Of a stretch of DNA of 64,000 nucleotides, positions 14,441 to 27,174 are shown one piece after another; the first letter of the stretch is position 1, and each line of letters starts with the position of its first letter. The stretch is from positions 159,094,001-159,158,000 of the forward strand of contig CM059431.1 of NCBI GenBank assembly GCA_030390025.1. Direction: 5' to 3'. This DNA is from Squalus acanthias (taxonomy: Eukaryota). The notes under the pieces were generated by a model that saw only the letters and a list, made by a program, of their open reading frames with translations, was not told the DNA's origin and ran no database searches. The translations under genes and the position numbers were made by a program.

Positions 14441-15132
14441 TTTCCCTCGATTGAAAGTCACATCTGAAATTTGATTACGGCCTTTTAACTCACTCCCAGT
14501 GAGGCTTTACACTCTAAACTGAAAAATTTGAATGCAAGAGGCCTTACTACACTTTGCCTGCTCGTCATCAATAGGTGTTAATAAAGAGCGCGAAGCCGGG
14601 CACAGCCATCACCCCTCTCAACCCCCACCGCCCCCGCCCTCCACTCCCACCTCACCACAGCTTTGCTTGCGCATGATACTGTCAATTTAGCACAGATCAG
14701 AAGCTGACTTGACAACTTCCTGTTCTTGACTGCTGCAATTCACAACAGTGAGTCCATTATGTTGCCGGAATAGGTACAATATATAATTAGTTTATTATAG
14801 AATTTAATGTTCCCTTACAATTGATAACCGTTAGCAATCTCAAACTTCTGCTATTCGGATACATTGAACGCAAGCAGCATAGGATATCACGTTGATGGAG
14901 TATAACAAATGTAGTGCTCCCATGTGTTTCCATATTGTTTGCATTGGATGACGATGTCTTCCATTGAGTTTATAACGTGCGAATTGAGCGAGCTGCGTTT
15001 TTATTGATTAATAACACGAATTGTGCTTCAGCTAAATACCATCAATTAGTGAGAATATCATTGATACATTATCTATCGCAATGACATTCACTAAGGATAC
15101 TATTACTACATCAGTCAAATAAACCTGACATT

Positions 15133-15600
15133 AAAATGAGAAGTCGCACAACACCAGGTTATAGTCCAACAGATTTATTTAAAATTACAAGCTTTCGGAG
15201 CTGTCGCCCCTTCGTCAGGCAAAGTTACTGTGAGAGAATCTATCAGAATTCACAGAATATAATAACACAGAGAAAATGCATAGATTAAATCTTTCCCTAC
15301 ATCAAAGACACACTAAGAGCACAGCCAAGACAATGAGATGTGTCCCCTGGGACACATCTCATTGTCTTGGCTGTGCCCTTAGTGTGTCTTTGATGTAGGG
15401 AAAGATTTAATCTATGCATTTTCTCTGTGTTATTATATTCTGTGAATTCTGATAGATTCTCTCACAGTAACTTTGCCTGACGAAGGGGCGACAGCTCCGA
15501 AAGCTTGTAATTTTAAATAAATCTGTTGGACTATAACCTGGTGTTGTGCGACTTCTCATTTTTGTCCACCCCAGTCCAACGCCGGCATCTCCGCATCATG
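15133..15600 (+). mobile_element. Penelope-derived palindromic insertion (214-bp arms, 2-nt spacer)
   Basis: 15133-15346 is the reverse complement of 15349-15562 with one mismatch seen; tail to 15600; TSD tgacattaaaat at 15126-15137 and 15599-15610. Confidence 0.9.
15473..15510 (+). ncRNA. Minimal type-I hammerhead ribozyme motif (mirror copy on minus strand at 15185-15222)
   Basis: UUGC-CUGACGA-A-GGGGC(gaca)GCUCC-GAAA-GCUU-GUAA. Confidence 0.72.
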
Positions 15601-16046
15601 ACATTAAAATCATATAGCAGAGACTGCATGGTGGACCACCATTAATTGGGAACCAAGTGGGAAGAAATAGATCTGACGCAAAATTAGTGCTAAGGGTCCT
15701 GGACAACGTTTCCTCCGCTCTGTGTGCAGCGATCGTCCCCGGAAAAGGAATCTGTTAATAGTTATCAGGAAAAAGGTAACACGATGTGGAATCGCCAACG
15801 GTGCTTCTGGAAATTAGATAGTTCAATTTTTTGACAAGCCTTCTCTTAGCGTCTCGCCTGCCACACATTTGACAGAATTCTCGGTGCGTTACTCAATGGT
15901 GAATGGTGGAACAGTCGCCCTGTTCCTGGCAGCAATCCAGTGGCACTGCACAGTTCGATATACTTCTCTTTTATGTGTCGTAAGTCCCACGCATCCTCTA
16001 AATTTTGGCTGGTGTTATTCAATATAGCCATTGAAATAAATCAACC

Positions 16047-16149
16047 TTATTGAGAAACGGCCATGCAGTCAAAGTTACATCTGGTCCCGTGTACCTGGTC
16101 CGTCTCCAGAGATTTCTGTCCTCCTGGAGTGAAGTCGTTGCGTCCCAAT
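16047..16149 (-). CDS. NLR terminal coding exon
   Basis: ttttacag acceptor, phase 2; LGRNDFTPGGQKSLETDQVHGTRCNFDCMAVSQ-TAA. Confidence 0.8.
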
Positions 16150-16349
16150 CTGTAAAATAACACAAGTAAAAATATGAAATAGATGATAGTAAGGGTGAGA
16201 ATTGTTCTGTTCATTGCATGTAGCGATCTAGTAACGTCTGCCATAAAGGATGCGTTTATGCTGTCGTTGCACATGCAAAAGAGTAACGCGCTGCAAAAGG
16301 AATGCGCCATTTTGCTTCATATCTTGTTTATCAGTTAAAAACATAGACA

Positions 16350-16745
16350 GACCCCGCATTTATATAGCGCGTTTCAGTAGCTCAGACCGTCCCGAAACGC
16401 TTTACATCCAATGAGCTCTTTTGAAGTGCAGTCACTGTTGTAATAGTGGAACTAACTGACAACTTATGCACAGCACGATCCGACAAACAGCAATGACGTA
16501 ATGACCAGATAATCAGTTCCAATTATGTCTTTGAGGGAAAATATTGACCAGGACAGCGAAATAACTCCCTAGTTCTACATTGACATGCATCTACTAGGGC
16601 AGATGTGGCCATGGTTTAACGACACCTCCACAGTGCAACATTCCCTCAGTACTGCTCTGAAGCGCCAGCCTAGATGATATGCTCCCCAGGCTTGAACTCA
16701 CCACCTTCTGAAGCACAGGCCGGAGCAGTATCAACTGAGCCATAG
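16350..16745 (-). mobile_element. DeuSINE/SacSINE1-like SINE, decayed
   Basis: L2-type tail (catttatatagcgc), Deu-like core (ttgaagtgcagtcactgttgtaat...gcacagca...aaacagcaatg) and a tRNA-like head near 16690-16745. Confidence 0.6.
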
Positions 16746-16830
16746 TATAAAAAAAAACACTTACGTTATTCCTTGTAAATATTTAACTAATAAATACAAC
16801 TTTTACTTAATATATATCTTTTTATCTAAC

Positions 16831-17022
16831 CTGATTTCCCTCAGATGATTTTTCCTCTGGATGAGGCGGCGCAGTGCGGGAATAGAGCTGTCTGTTAGGT
16901 TATTGCAGCATTTTAAACCCACGGTATTGTTACTCAAGTCCAGCTCCATCACTGACTGGTTACCAATGATAGCGGATGTCAGCTCTTCGATACAACCGTC
17001 TGTGAGATTGTTAGCTTTTAAG
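16831..17022 (-). CDS. NLR exon 7, 192-nt LRR exon
   Basis: ttaccacag acceptor, AG|GTTAGA donor; LKANNLTDGCIEEL...MELDLSNN...NNLTDSSIPALRRLI. Confidence 0.88.
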
Positions 17023-18249
17023 CTGTGGTAAAACCAAAACAGAGAATCCAATATCAACATCACACAGGCTGTGGCGGAAAACAGCAATGGAAGAATCACC
17101 AAATCAAATGGCGTACCTGCTCATTTCTGAGAATGAAAATGTACAATAGACACAGAATTCAATAGAAATTAAAGTAAACAGGTCCATGTTGGCAATTATG
17201 TTTCGGACGAGCTTCCTCCCATTCTATTTATTTTCATCTCACCCCATCGACATATCCTGTACTTCTTTCTCCCTCATGGCCCGGATTTTGTGTTGTCTAA
17301 TAACGGTGAACTGTCAGCATACGCCATCATTACTACTCTGAAACTGACCGTTAATTCAGGATTTAGCGCGTGCACAGAACAAACGCAGAAATTCTGAAGT
17401 CGCGGTCAGTCAGTCACCGGTCCAACTGAGGCTGCGCTGTGGAACACCACTCCCCATAGCCGACAATCAGTAAAATCAGTGGAATTGACGAAAACTTAAG
17501 CTTTTCCGCCGTAAGATCTCTCTTAAGCACAACATTAAATGCTAACCCTTGTTCGAATAGATATAACAGGGATTTTAACAGCGTATTAACTGCTAAACAC
17601 CTGTTTTGTGCCTGAAAAACTTTATATTTATGGATGTCATATTATGAATTAATGCCAGTTCTCTATTATCATAAAAATTACTAGGAGCTAAAAATTCGGG
17701 GATTTAGCGCAACCCGTTGCAGCCAGATTCAGGAAGAAATAGCTTCCGCTGTATTTCCGCCCCTTGCCGGCGGCTACCGCGGCGCCCGCCATTTTTGGCT
17801 GGGCGGTAACCTTGCCGATGTCTGCGCTCGCGTAAATTATGTAGATTATGCATAACGTGACGTCAGATAGTGGGCAATGCTCACTTGATGCCCGATCTGC
17901 CAATTTCAACTTCGCCACTCCACTTACCAGAATCTCTTATCTGCGACCAGCTGAGCAAGCGTTGACCAGCAGGAATGAGGGTCCAGCCGCGTTATTTAAA
18001 GGGATCATCAGCAATAGCTTGCAGCTGACATGTTACTGCTGTTTGACTGGCTCTGTGTAACTTTCTGCAACTCCAGCAGCTTTATAAATTTATTTCAAGG
18101 TCCTAAGGTAACAGGGAGTGTTTGGGCAAGTGGAGAACGCCTTCATTCTTACTTACGTCACTTGCACACCGTCATGAGGACTCTACTTGCAGTCCCCCTC
18201 GCGCTCGAGTATCTTCGAGAGAAGGACCGGAGGCAGGGGGAAATAGGAG

Positions 18250-19320
18250 AAGATGCATGAAGAGGGAGGAGGAGGGGGGCAGGTTGGCTCTCAACAGAAA
18301 GCCTCGCCTAACTAGGGTATTAAGAGAGCAATTCTCTTATATCCACTTCAGCTAGGAGCAGTTTATTAGGATGCTCCGCTTTACCAAGTCGGTGGTCACA
18401 GAACTCTGCCACCTCCTGTGGCTTTCGCAGTGGCAGTAAAGGTCGCCGTGGCACTCAATTTCTACACCAACGGATCCTTCCAGTCTGCAACAGCTGACAT
18501 AGCTAACATCTCGCAGTTCACCACCATCGCTGCATCCGGGACGTCACAGAGATCCAGGCGAAGGGATTACGTTTTCTTCTTTCTGAGCAGGGAGAAGCAG
18601 GACGAGCGTGCATGTGACTTTGCCAGAATAGCGGGCTGCCCCATGGTGTAGGGTACTATCGTATGCACACACGTGACTTTGCAGGCACAATATACCAATC
18701 CTGATATCTTCCATAATCGCAAAGCCAACCACCCAATTAATGGGCAGTTGTTGTGCGACCATGCCAAGCGATTCCTGATGGTCAATGCCCACTTTTCTGG
18801 CAGTAGTCATGATGCCTTCATCCTGCATCAGTCTGGTGTGCCAGCAATATTCCTGTCATCGCATCAATCTCCAGGGTGGCTGCTGGAGACAAAGGCTATC
18901 CGCACTGCACCTGGCTCATGACTCCCCTCCGCACCCCAAGAACACGTGCCCAGCATTCATATAATGATGCCATGCTTCCACCAGGAATATCATCGAGTAG
19001 ACCATCGGGCTAGTGAACAACCGTTCTACGCCTTGACTGCCTGGGAGAAGCCCCCAGTACTCTGCAAGTGGGTGCCCCATTTCATGGTGGTCCGCTGCAT
19101 GCTTCTCAACTTGGCCATCATGAGAGCACAGCCCTTGCCACCAGGGATTGCAGGACCACGTCAGGAGGAGGGCGAGGGACAGGAGGAGGAGGAGGTTGAG
19201 GAAGAGGAAGATGAAAAAGTGGAAAAGGAAGAGGACGTAGAGGAAGGGAGGAGGCAGGCAGGCAATCCAACTTCCGGACGGGCTGTCCGTGAAAGCCTCA
19301 TCATACTCCGATTTCAATGA
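18250..19320 (+). pseudogene. Harbinger DDE transposase (HARBI1-like) remnant
   Basis: VKVAVALNFYTNGSFQ, FARIAGCPMV*GTIVCTHV, NRKANHPINGQLLCD, GSSHDAFIL, CMLLNLAI with stops and frameshifts; acidic C-terminal tract. Confidence 0.8.
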
Positions 19321-21019
19321 ATGAAAGCCCATTGCTCACGAAATCCACATTCTACCATCACTCTGTCATGGATTACACAGCGTCCTCCTGGGCATAAAAT
19401 TGGAATCAGAGGCACGACAAAAAATTCCAAACATAAGTATTAAATGTATCAAGTATCAATTTACATATACGGTTTTAATTAATCACCATTAGTGCCTGTG
19501 GTTCGGGACACTTTCATGATCTAGTGCTTCAACGAAGTTCTCCCCCAGTGGCTGCAGCATGGCCGGCGGATAGCTATTGAGTTTCCATGGGGGAGACTTC
19601 AGATGGCCTTGCAGAAGGACCTCGAGCAGTTCTGGACATAGAATACCCAGCTGTAGACTGCAAAACCTCGGCATGAGCGGCGACGTCTGGCCTGGCTGTC
19701 GGGCAGGCAGCAGCAAAGGCAATGTCTGAATGGCAGTGGTGGGGGCAGGAATGCAGTCATCCTGAGAGAGAACAGCAGATTTCTGCTCCACGGACCCACT
19801 GCCAATCTGCCGGGGCGGCGCCGCAGTTTTCCTAGCAGTCTGATAGCACAGTTTGCTGGCCTGTTGCGACATCCTGCAAGTCCCGGTCGACAGTTGTAAA
19901 CCCAGCCACGATGGCAGCAGTCTGAGCTTGTTTGACAGCAAGCTGAGACTGCATGAGAGCGATCTGCACTTCTGTGGCAGCACGAAGACGCTGAGTCATT
20001 TGCACCTGAGCTTTAATGGCAGCTGCGACATTGCACATCAGATGCAACAACAAGTCGGGGTCGACACTCTCTCTTCCTGAGTTGTCTTGCATGGAAATTC
20101 TGCCTCCAAGCTGTGTGCAAAGCCCCGGGCAATGTTGAAGGCAAACTCCTCCATGCTCCTTGACATTGCAACATGTTCTCCGTCAGGCTTACAATTGCAC
20201 CTAGCAAATGGGTGTGCTTGCCCATCGCCCTTCTTCTGAATGCCGCCCCATCGAGGTCCTCATCTGAGTCCTGTGCTGAGGCAGTCGCATACGAACTGAA
20301 GCCCACTCGTGCCTGGTGCCTCACCCTGTGCAGATCCCGCTTCTAAACTATCCTTTAAATGATGCGCAGTGCCAGTATTTGTGTTGGTGTCTGTGAGTGA
20401 TAGATGCAGTGACGCTGTGTCTTCTCCTTTTTACCCCTCGCTCTCCTCCATTGCCTGGGGGAAAGGCTGGGCTGGTACTTGATCTTGATTATATGAAAGC
20501 AGAAAGGCACAAGAGTCGGGTTATGGTGAGGGAAGGGGGAAGCAGGATATCCATGCAAACAACATTAGCAGCTTGACTATGAGAAGAGATTGTGGGATGA
20601 GTGGGAAGTAGGATGTGAGAAGAAGGAGTAGGGTTCAACACACCGCTGTTGTCCCAAAAGGCTTCAATCGCGGTGATTGCCACGGGTTCCATTAGTTGCC
20701 GCCCAATGATTTCCAGCACTCGCTACTCCAATTGGCAGAGGTCCTGCATGGCAGCTTGCCCCCTGCCTGTCTGCTGCTGCTCCCGGCGATTATGCGCCAC
20801 ATTGAGCTGTGGTGCAATGTGTTTGGGTGATATGCCTGCAATGGCTCAATAGCTGTCAGTGTGTGCAAGTTGTGAAATGTTGGTGTGAGTGTTGCAGCAG
20901 TGATCAGGTTGTGAGGGTTAAGTGAAGATATGATAGTGAGGACTGAGTGCTGATAGGTAGAGATTGTTCGTAGGTGAGTGCAGGAGGCGTGGTACATTGG
21001 TCAGGAATTTTCTGAACCC

Positions 21020-21271
21020 TTCATTTACTTTGACCGGCCATGTGAGGTCATTAAACCTCTTTCGGCACTGCTTCGACGACCTGGGGACCACAGTGCTGGC
21101 CGTCATACAGTCGGCTATCTCTCGCCACAGCCTTCGGGATGTATGCAGCCATGGATTCCTGCCGCCTTGCAGGAAGAGGACATCCCGCCTCCTCTCCAGG
21201 GCCACCACTGGTGCCTGCAGAGCCCCGTCTGAGACTCTACGGGCTCTTCCCCTGTGCTGAGGCTTGGCCAT
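21020..21271 (-). pseudogene. Harbinger Myb/SANT-like DNA-binding protein, first exon remnant
   Basis: RARRVSDGAL...RRDVLF...LWREIA...RSSKQCRKRFNDL trihelix motif, with AAG|GTAAAT donor near 21025. Confidence 0.75.
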
Positions 21272-21414
21272 CTGCTTCTAGCACCGTCTGATTCCAGGTT
21301 GAGTTCGAACTGGATTGACAATGAGGTGCTGTAGGATCAATGTACCTTCCCTTTAAGTACTGAATTAAGCCTGAGCCGATATTAGCCCACCTGTTGAGCG
21401 GTAATCCAATGACA

Positions 21415-22330
21415 ACATAAGAATATAAGAAATAGGAGCAGGAGTTAGCGATTTGGCCCCTCGAGCCTGCTCCGCCATTCAATAAGATCATGGTTGATCT
21501 TCCACCTCATTCTACTTTTCCTTCAGTGTCCCCATATCCCCTATTTATTTAATATCCAAAACTCTATCGATCTCTGTCTTGAATATAATCAACAACTGAA
21601 CCTCCACAGCCCTCTGCAGTAGATAATTGCAAAGATTCACTACCCTGTGAGTGAAGGAATTTCTCCTCATCTCAGTCCTAAATGGCCGACCCCTTATTCT
21701 GAGACTGTGACCCGTGGTCTAGATTCCTCAGCCTGTGGGAGCATCCTCCCTGCATCTACCCTGTTAAGCCCTGTAAGAATTTTGTATGTTTCAATGAGAT
21801 CACCTCTCATTCCTCTTCGCTCTAGAGAATATAGGCATAGTCTACTCAATCTCTCCTCATAGGACAAACTCCCCATCCCAGGAATCAGTCCGGTGAAACT
21901 TTGTCTCTCTCCCTCAATGGCAAATATATCCTTCCTTAAGTAAGGAGATCAAAACTGTACACAGGTGTGGTCTCACCAGGACCATATTTAATTGCAGTAA
22001 GACGTGTTTACTGTTATACTCAAACCTCTTGTAATAAAGGTCAACATACCATTTACTTCCCCAATTGCTTGCTATACCTCCAGTAATTAACTTTCAGTGA
22101 TTTGTGTACAAAGACAACCAGGGCCATCAGAAAACCAACATTTCCCAATCTCTCAACATTTAAAAAATACTCTGCTTTTCTATTTTTCTTATCAAAGCAC
22201 ATAACTTCATATTTCTCCACATTTTATTCCTTTTATTATGTTCTTGCCAACTCACTTAGCTTGTCTATTGCCCCTTTAAGCCTCTTTACATTCTCTTCGG
22301 AATTTACATTCCCACCCAACTTTGTTAGCA
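21415..22330 (-). mobile_element. CR1 3' fragment
   Basis: YEERLSRLCLYSLERRGMRGDLIETYKIL and CR1 3' tail. Confidence 0.85.
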
Positions 22331-22371
22331 GCGTTTTTAGCGTTGAGATCAGCACTATAGGAATATATTAA

Positions 22372-24530
22372 TAGAAACATAGGAACATACGAACAGGAGT
22401 AGGACATTCAGCCCCTTCAGCCTGTTCCGCAATTCAATGAGATCATGGCTGATCTGCAACTTGACTCCACATGTCCACCTTTGGCCCATATCCCTTAATA
22501 TGTTTGGTTAACAAAAAGCTATCAATCTCCGATTTAAAATTAATTATAGATCTAGCATCAATTGCCATTTGCGGAAGAGAGTTACAAACTTCTAGCAGCT
22601 TTTCTGTGTAGAAGTGTTTTCTAACTGCACTCCTGAAAGGTCTGGCTCTAATTTTTGGAATATACCCCCGAGCCCTAGAATCTCAAACCAGCGGAAGTAG
22701 TGTATCTCTATCTACGCGATCTGTTCCCCTTAATATCCTGAAAACATCGATCAAATCACCCTTTAATCTTCTAAATTCTAGGGAATACAGCCCTAATTTG
22801 TGTAATCTATCCCAGTACCTTAACCCTTGAATCTGATTGACATTCTGGTAAACCTACGCTGCACATCCTTCAAGGCCAATATATCCGTCCTAAGGTGTGG
22901 TGCCTAGAACTACGCACAGTACTCCGGGTGTGGTCTAACCAGGGTTTTGTATAGATGCAGCACAACATCTGCCCCTTGTACTCTCTTTCTCTCGATATAA
23001 ACGCTAGCATTCCATTAGTCTTTTTGATTATTTTCTGTACCTGTTCATGACATTTTAATGATCTATGTACCTGAACCCACAAGTCTCTTTGGACATCTAC
23101 TATTTTTAACGTTGTACCATTTAGAAAGTACCCTGTTCTATCATTTTTAAGTCCAAAGCGGATTACCTCACATTTGCTTACATTGAAATCCATTTGCCAC
23201 AGTTTTACCCACTCACTTAATCTATCAATATCCCTTTGTAATTTTTTACTTTCATCTACACTGCCTACAATGCCACCTATCTTTGTGGCATCGACAAATT
23301 TGCATATATGACTTTCTATGCCATCATCAAAGTCGTTAATACATATTGTGAATAGTTGAGGCCCAAAAACAGATCCCTGCTGGACACCACTAGTGACCTC
23401 CTGCCAATTTGAGTACCTGCCCATTATCCCTACTCTGTCTCCTGCCGCTCAGCCAATTTCCTAACCAGGTTAATAATTTGCCCTCAACTCCATGATCTTC
23501 TGCCTTAGAAAACAGTCTCTTATGTGAGACTGTATCAAATGCCTTCTGGAAGTCCATATAAATAACATCCATAGACATTCCCCTATCCACTACTTTAGTC
23601 AACTCTTCAAAACATTCAATCAGGTTTGTCCGGGATCACCTACCTTTCACAAATCCATGCTGGCTCCCTCTGATGAACTGAAAATGTTCGAGGTGTTCAG
23701 TCACCCTATCCTAAATTATAGGCTCTAGCAATTTACCAACAACAGATGTCAGTCTACCTAGTCTATACTTCCCTGATTTCCCTCTCTCACCTTTCTTAAA
23801 TTGCTGAATGACATGCACAATTTTCCAATCTAAAGGGACGGTTCCTGAATCTAGAGAACTTTGGAAGATATAGTTAGGACATGTGGAATGTGCTCACCTA
23901 CTTTCTTTAATACCCTGGGATGGAAACTATCTGGTCCTGGGGATTTGTCACTCTTTTGTGCTATGATTTTCTCATTACTGTTATTTAACCTACGTTAATT
24001 TTATTGAGTCCCTATCCCTGATTCCATGTTAGTTTCTTTGCGATTTCCAGCATGCTATCCTCTTCTTCTGCTGTAAATACTGACGCAAAGTAATTATTCA
24101 ACTTGTCCGCCCTTTACCCATTGTCATTGAAAATATCACCATTTTCAGTATTAAGGGGCCAACTTAGCTCCTGACCACCCTCTTTTTCCAATGTAACTAT
24201 AAAAATTCTTCATTTTTATTTTGATATCCCTTACAAGTTTCTTTTCATACTCCCTTTTTTGTAACTATTGCACTCTGTTTTGTAACCCTTTGCTGTACAT
24301 TGTATCGTTCCCATTCGCCTGGATCTGTGCTATTTTTTGCATTTCTGTATGCCCTTTCCTTAATTTTTATGCTGTCCTTTACATTGTTAGTTGTTCTTTA
24401 TGGCAAACAGAGCTCTTGCCTGTCAGGGGTATAAACTCGTGCTGTATCACGTTAATTTATTTTAAAAACATTTCCCACTTTCGTTTTACCCATTAACAGT
24501 TTTGCCCAGTTTGCTTGCCCAGTTTACTTT
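22372..24530 (-). mobile_element. CR1 LINE, 5'-truncated
   Basis: MDFQKAFDTVSH, GVQQGSVFGP, KFVDATK and CR1 3' tail at 22372-22400. Confidence 0.88.
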
Positions 24531-25282
24531 AATCATATTAATCAGGACTGAGCACGAATTTTGCGTGCTGCATAGATCATTTTGAACAGGTGCAGCTTAA
24601 TATTTTTAGGCCGTGACACTGCCCGTTCTCTTGCCATATCCAATTTTTAGCACTTGATTTTTTTAAATATATATACTTTTAAAGTTTGTTCATGATACTT
24701 CAGCTTCTACCTTCTCCGTGTAAATGCCCTAATCTTTATTGCACTCTCATAATATTTGTTTTTAAATTACAGATAATCAGTGCCTTTTTCATCAGCTTGC
24801 TGTCTGTGAGAATTATTCAACGTGATTCGTTGCTGAGACAGCTTAATGACATCACTTCTGCTCTAAGCCAGGAATCCACTTTTTGCAATGCTGCAGTCAA
24901 TTACACGGTTAGAAACCCAAAGTTCTCGCCACAGAGATCGCGAGATCTCTGTGAGCCGCTTTCTTCTTCGTCAGCATCGATCGCTGTCTCTTTGCCACTG
25001 ACCGCAAAATACGAACCATGTGTTTATCTAGCTTGCCCTTAAATGCATCTGTGCTATTGGCCTCAACCATTCCATGTGTTAGAAAGGTATACATTATAAC
25101 CATTTTCTAGGAAAAAAAGTTTCTTCTGAATTCCTTATTGGATTTATTAGTGACTATCTTGTATTAACGGCCGAGATTTTGGACTCCTCCCAGTGGAAAC
25201 AATAGTATTTACTTTTTCATTTTAAAATTGCAAATCATCATTCCTATATTATATTCGTCAGTATTGCAGTCATTATACAAAA

Positions 25283-25815
25283 TCAAAATACTGCGGGTGC
25301 CAGAAATCTTAAATAAAGCAGAAAATGCTGGAAATACTCAGCAGGTCAGGCAGCATCTGTGAAGAGCGAGAATCAGAGTTACCGTTTCGTCAGAACTGGC
25401 AACAGCTGGAGATGAAACAGGTTTTTAAGCAAGTGTAGGGACAGGGAAAGGTGGAGGGGAGGAAAGAACAAAAGGGAAGGTATGTGATAGGATGGAAGGT
25501 AGGAGAGATAAGAGACAAAAGGGCTGATGGTGGACAGAAAATGCTGGAAATACTGAGCAGGTCAGCCAGCATCTGAAAACCATCATCCCTTTTGTCTCTT
25601 AATCTCTTCTGCCTTCCATCCTATTACAGAGCTTCCCTTTTGTTATTTCCTCCCCTCCCCCCTTTCCCTTCCCCTACACTTGGTTGTAAACCTGTTCCAT
25701 CTCCAGCTTTTTCCAGTTCTGACGAAAGGTCATCGACCTGAAACGTTACCTCTGTTTCTCTCTCCACAGATCCTGCCTGAAATGATGTGTATTTCCAGCA
25801 TTTTCAGTTTTTATT
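25283..25815. mobile_element. Older Penelope-derived inverted-repeat insertion (second family)
   Basis: About 220-bp diverged inverted arms (25312-25530 and 25580-25815); hammerhead-like core at 25715-25751. Confidence 0.75.
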
Positions 25816-25842
25816 GCAGTTATTATAATTAGCTTCACTTAC

Positions 25843-25929
25843 TCCAGTGTTTGTATTCTGCAATATTTTTTCTTCAATGCTGTAGACAGCCTTTTCATTC
25901 CCACATCTTCCAGCTTAATCCCATTGAGC
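25843..25929 (-). CDS. NLR exon 6, 87-nt RI-like LRR
   Basis: tgtttag acceptor, GA|GTAAGT donor; LNGIKLEDVGMKRLSTALKKKYCRIQTL; phase 2-2. Confidence 0.88.
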
Positions 25930-26819
25930 CTAAACACAAATAACATTAGACATAACGTGGAATGTGTTCAAGCTCCGACGTAGGGGAATAAATTCCAGTG
26001 TTGAACTCTATAGGATATAAATTCGTCTCGGGCGGTAGCGTAATATGGGCCTAATAGCACCGCCCGCCCCTTATAGGCCAAGCCTGATATTCGGTTCCAT
26101 TGAACAGTATAACAGGCGGAAAATGCGATCGCATCAATTTTGCTCTGTCGTTCAAGACGAATTTCAGAATTTCTGTTACGTTTTTCATATAGTTTATTCA
26201 TCTGATTTAGTAATTGCTTGAGATTCAAAAATTAAGCATCATAAAGAATTTTCTAATAATTGAAGCCCATTATTGATAATTAACATCAGAGAAAGATTTC
26301 ACGTAAGGTAGGAACAAGTGGTGGCAAATGCAATTACACGTGGTCTTTAATTGCCATTATTCCGCTTGAGATAGCTACCTCAGAACGTTCGTCTTCGCTA
26401 GAGAGAGCACATAAAATACAGACGTAACAGAGTAAATTTTAAATGAACTTGGTGACCATAGCTTTGTGTTCTCCTATTTGGAAATCGTAATGAACCGTTA
26501 GCTTTAAGGTAAGCAGTAAAGCACTTAAAGGTTCATCTTGTATTTTTGTAAAATATGTCACTTGGATTTTCGATAATCTTTGCCCCGGTTAATAATATTC
26601 ATACAGTTACCCAGTTCCCTTTATTGGCAGGAGAGGGTTTGCCAATATTGAGCCTGTAAGCTGATGTGCTCGGAGGAAGTAAAGCACCTGACGGCGAATG
26701 CCAGGCAGTTCAATCTGCCCAAATCGGTGCATTTTCTACCATGAGATACTGATGTGACCAATAAAGCCCCTACAATTACCCCGCAGCCCTGACGGTGCGA
26801 TAGGCATTATGTAAATGAC

Positions 26820-26822
26820 ATT

Positions 26823-26909
<87 letters not shown>

Positions 26910-27075
26910 CTCTTTCATTCTTTCTTTCATTCCTTCTTTCTTTCATTCTTTCTTTCTTTCTTTCTTTCTTTCTCTCTTTCTTTCTTTAATTATTTCTTTC
27001 TTTCTTTCCTTCTTTCTTTCTTCCTTTCTTTCTCTTTCTTTCTTTTTCTCTCCCTCTTTTTTCTTTCTTTTTTCC
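26820..27075 (+). repeat. (TTTC)n microsatellite / polypyrimidine tract
   Basis: Direct reading; pure at the 5' end, degenerate downstream. Confidence 0.97.
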
Positions 27076-27174
27076 CATGTCACACGATGCAAAAACCTCT
27101 CACGAAATTGCTGACATGCTTATGTAGATGTCGCGGAATTCGTTAGTACTTTTCAGTAACTTATTTAAAATTAC

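Larger units (their letters stand above)
17685..21410. mobile_element. PIF/Harbinger DNA transposon, decayed, two convergent genes
   Basis: HARBI1-like nuclease remnants on the plus strand and a Myb/SANT-like gene on the minus strand; right end cut by CR1; termini approximate. Confidence 0.8.

Noticed and set aside
15133..15562. Palindromes as assembly fold-back artefacts or as pre-miRNA/terminators
   Set aside because: Each has its own TSD, an asymmetric tail and at least one arm mismatch, and three copies share the same outer boundary. The arms are too long and perfect for a miRNA. Read-level confirmation is still advisable.
18250..19320. Domesticated HARBI1 host gene
   Set aside because: Multiple stops and frameshifts, altered catalytic motifs and a paired Myb-like gene indicate a dead transposon.
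25990..26140. Short GC-rich patches (also 185-290, 17280-17680, 24770-24990, 26620-26800)
   Set aside because: Probably decayed MITE fragments, but I could not establish termini or TSDs.
26736..27114. KERK-repeat and FFLS-repeat ORFs
   Set aside because: Products of the (TTTC)n microsatellite.
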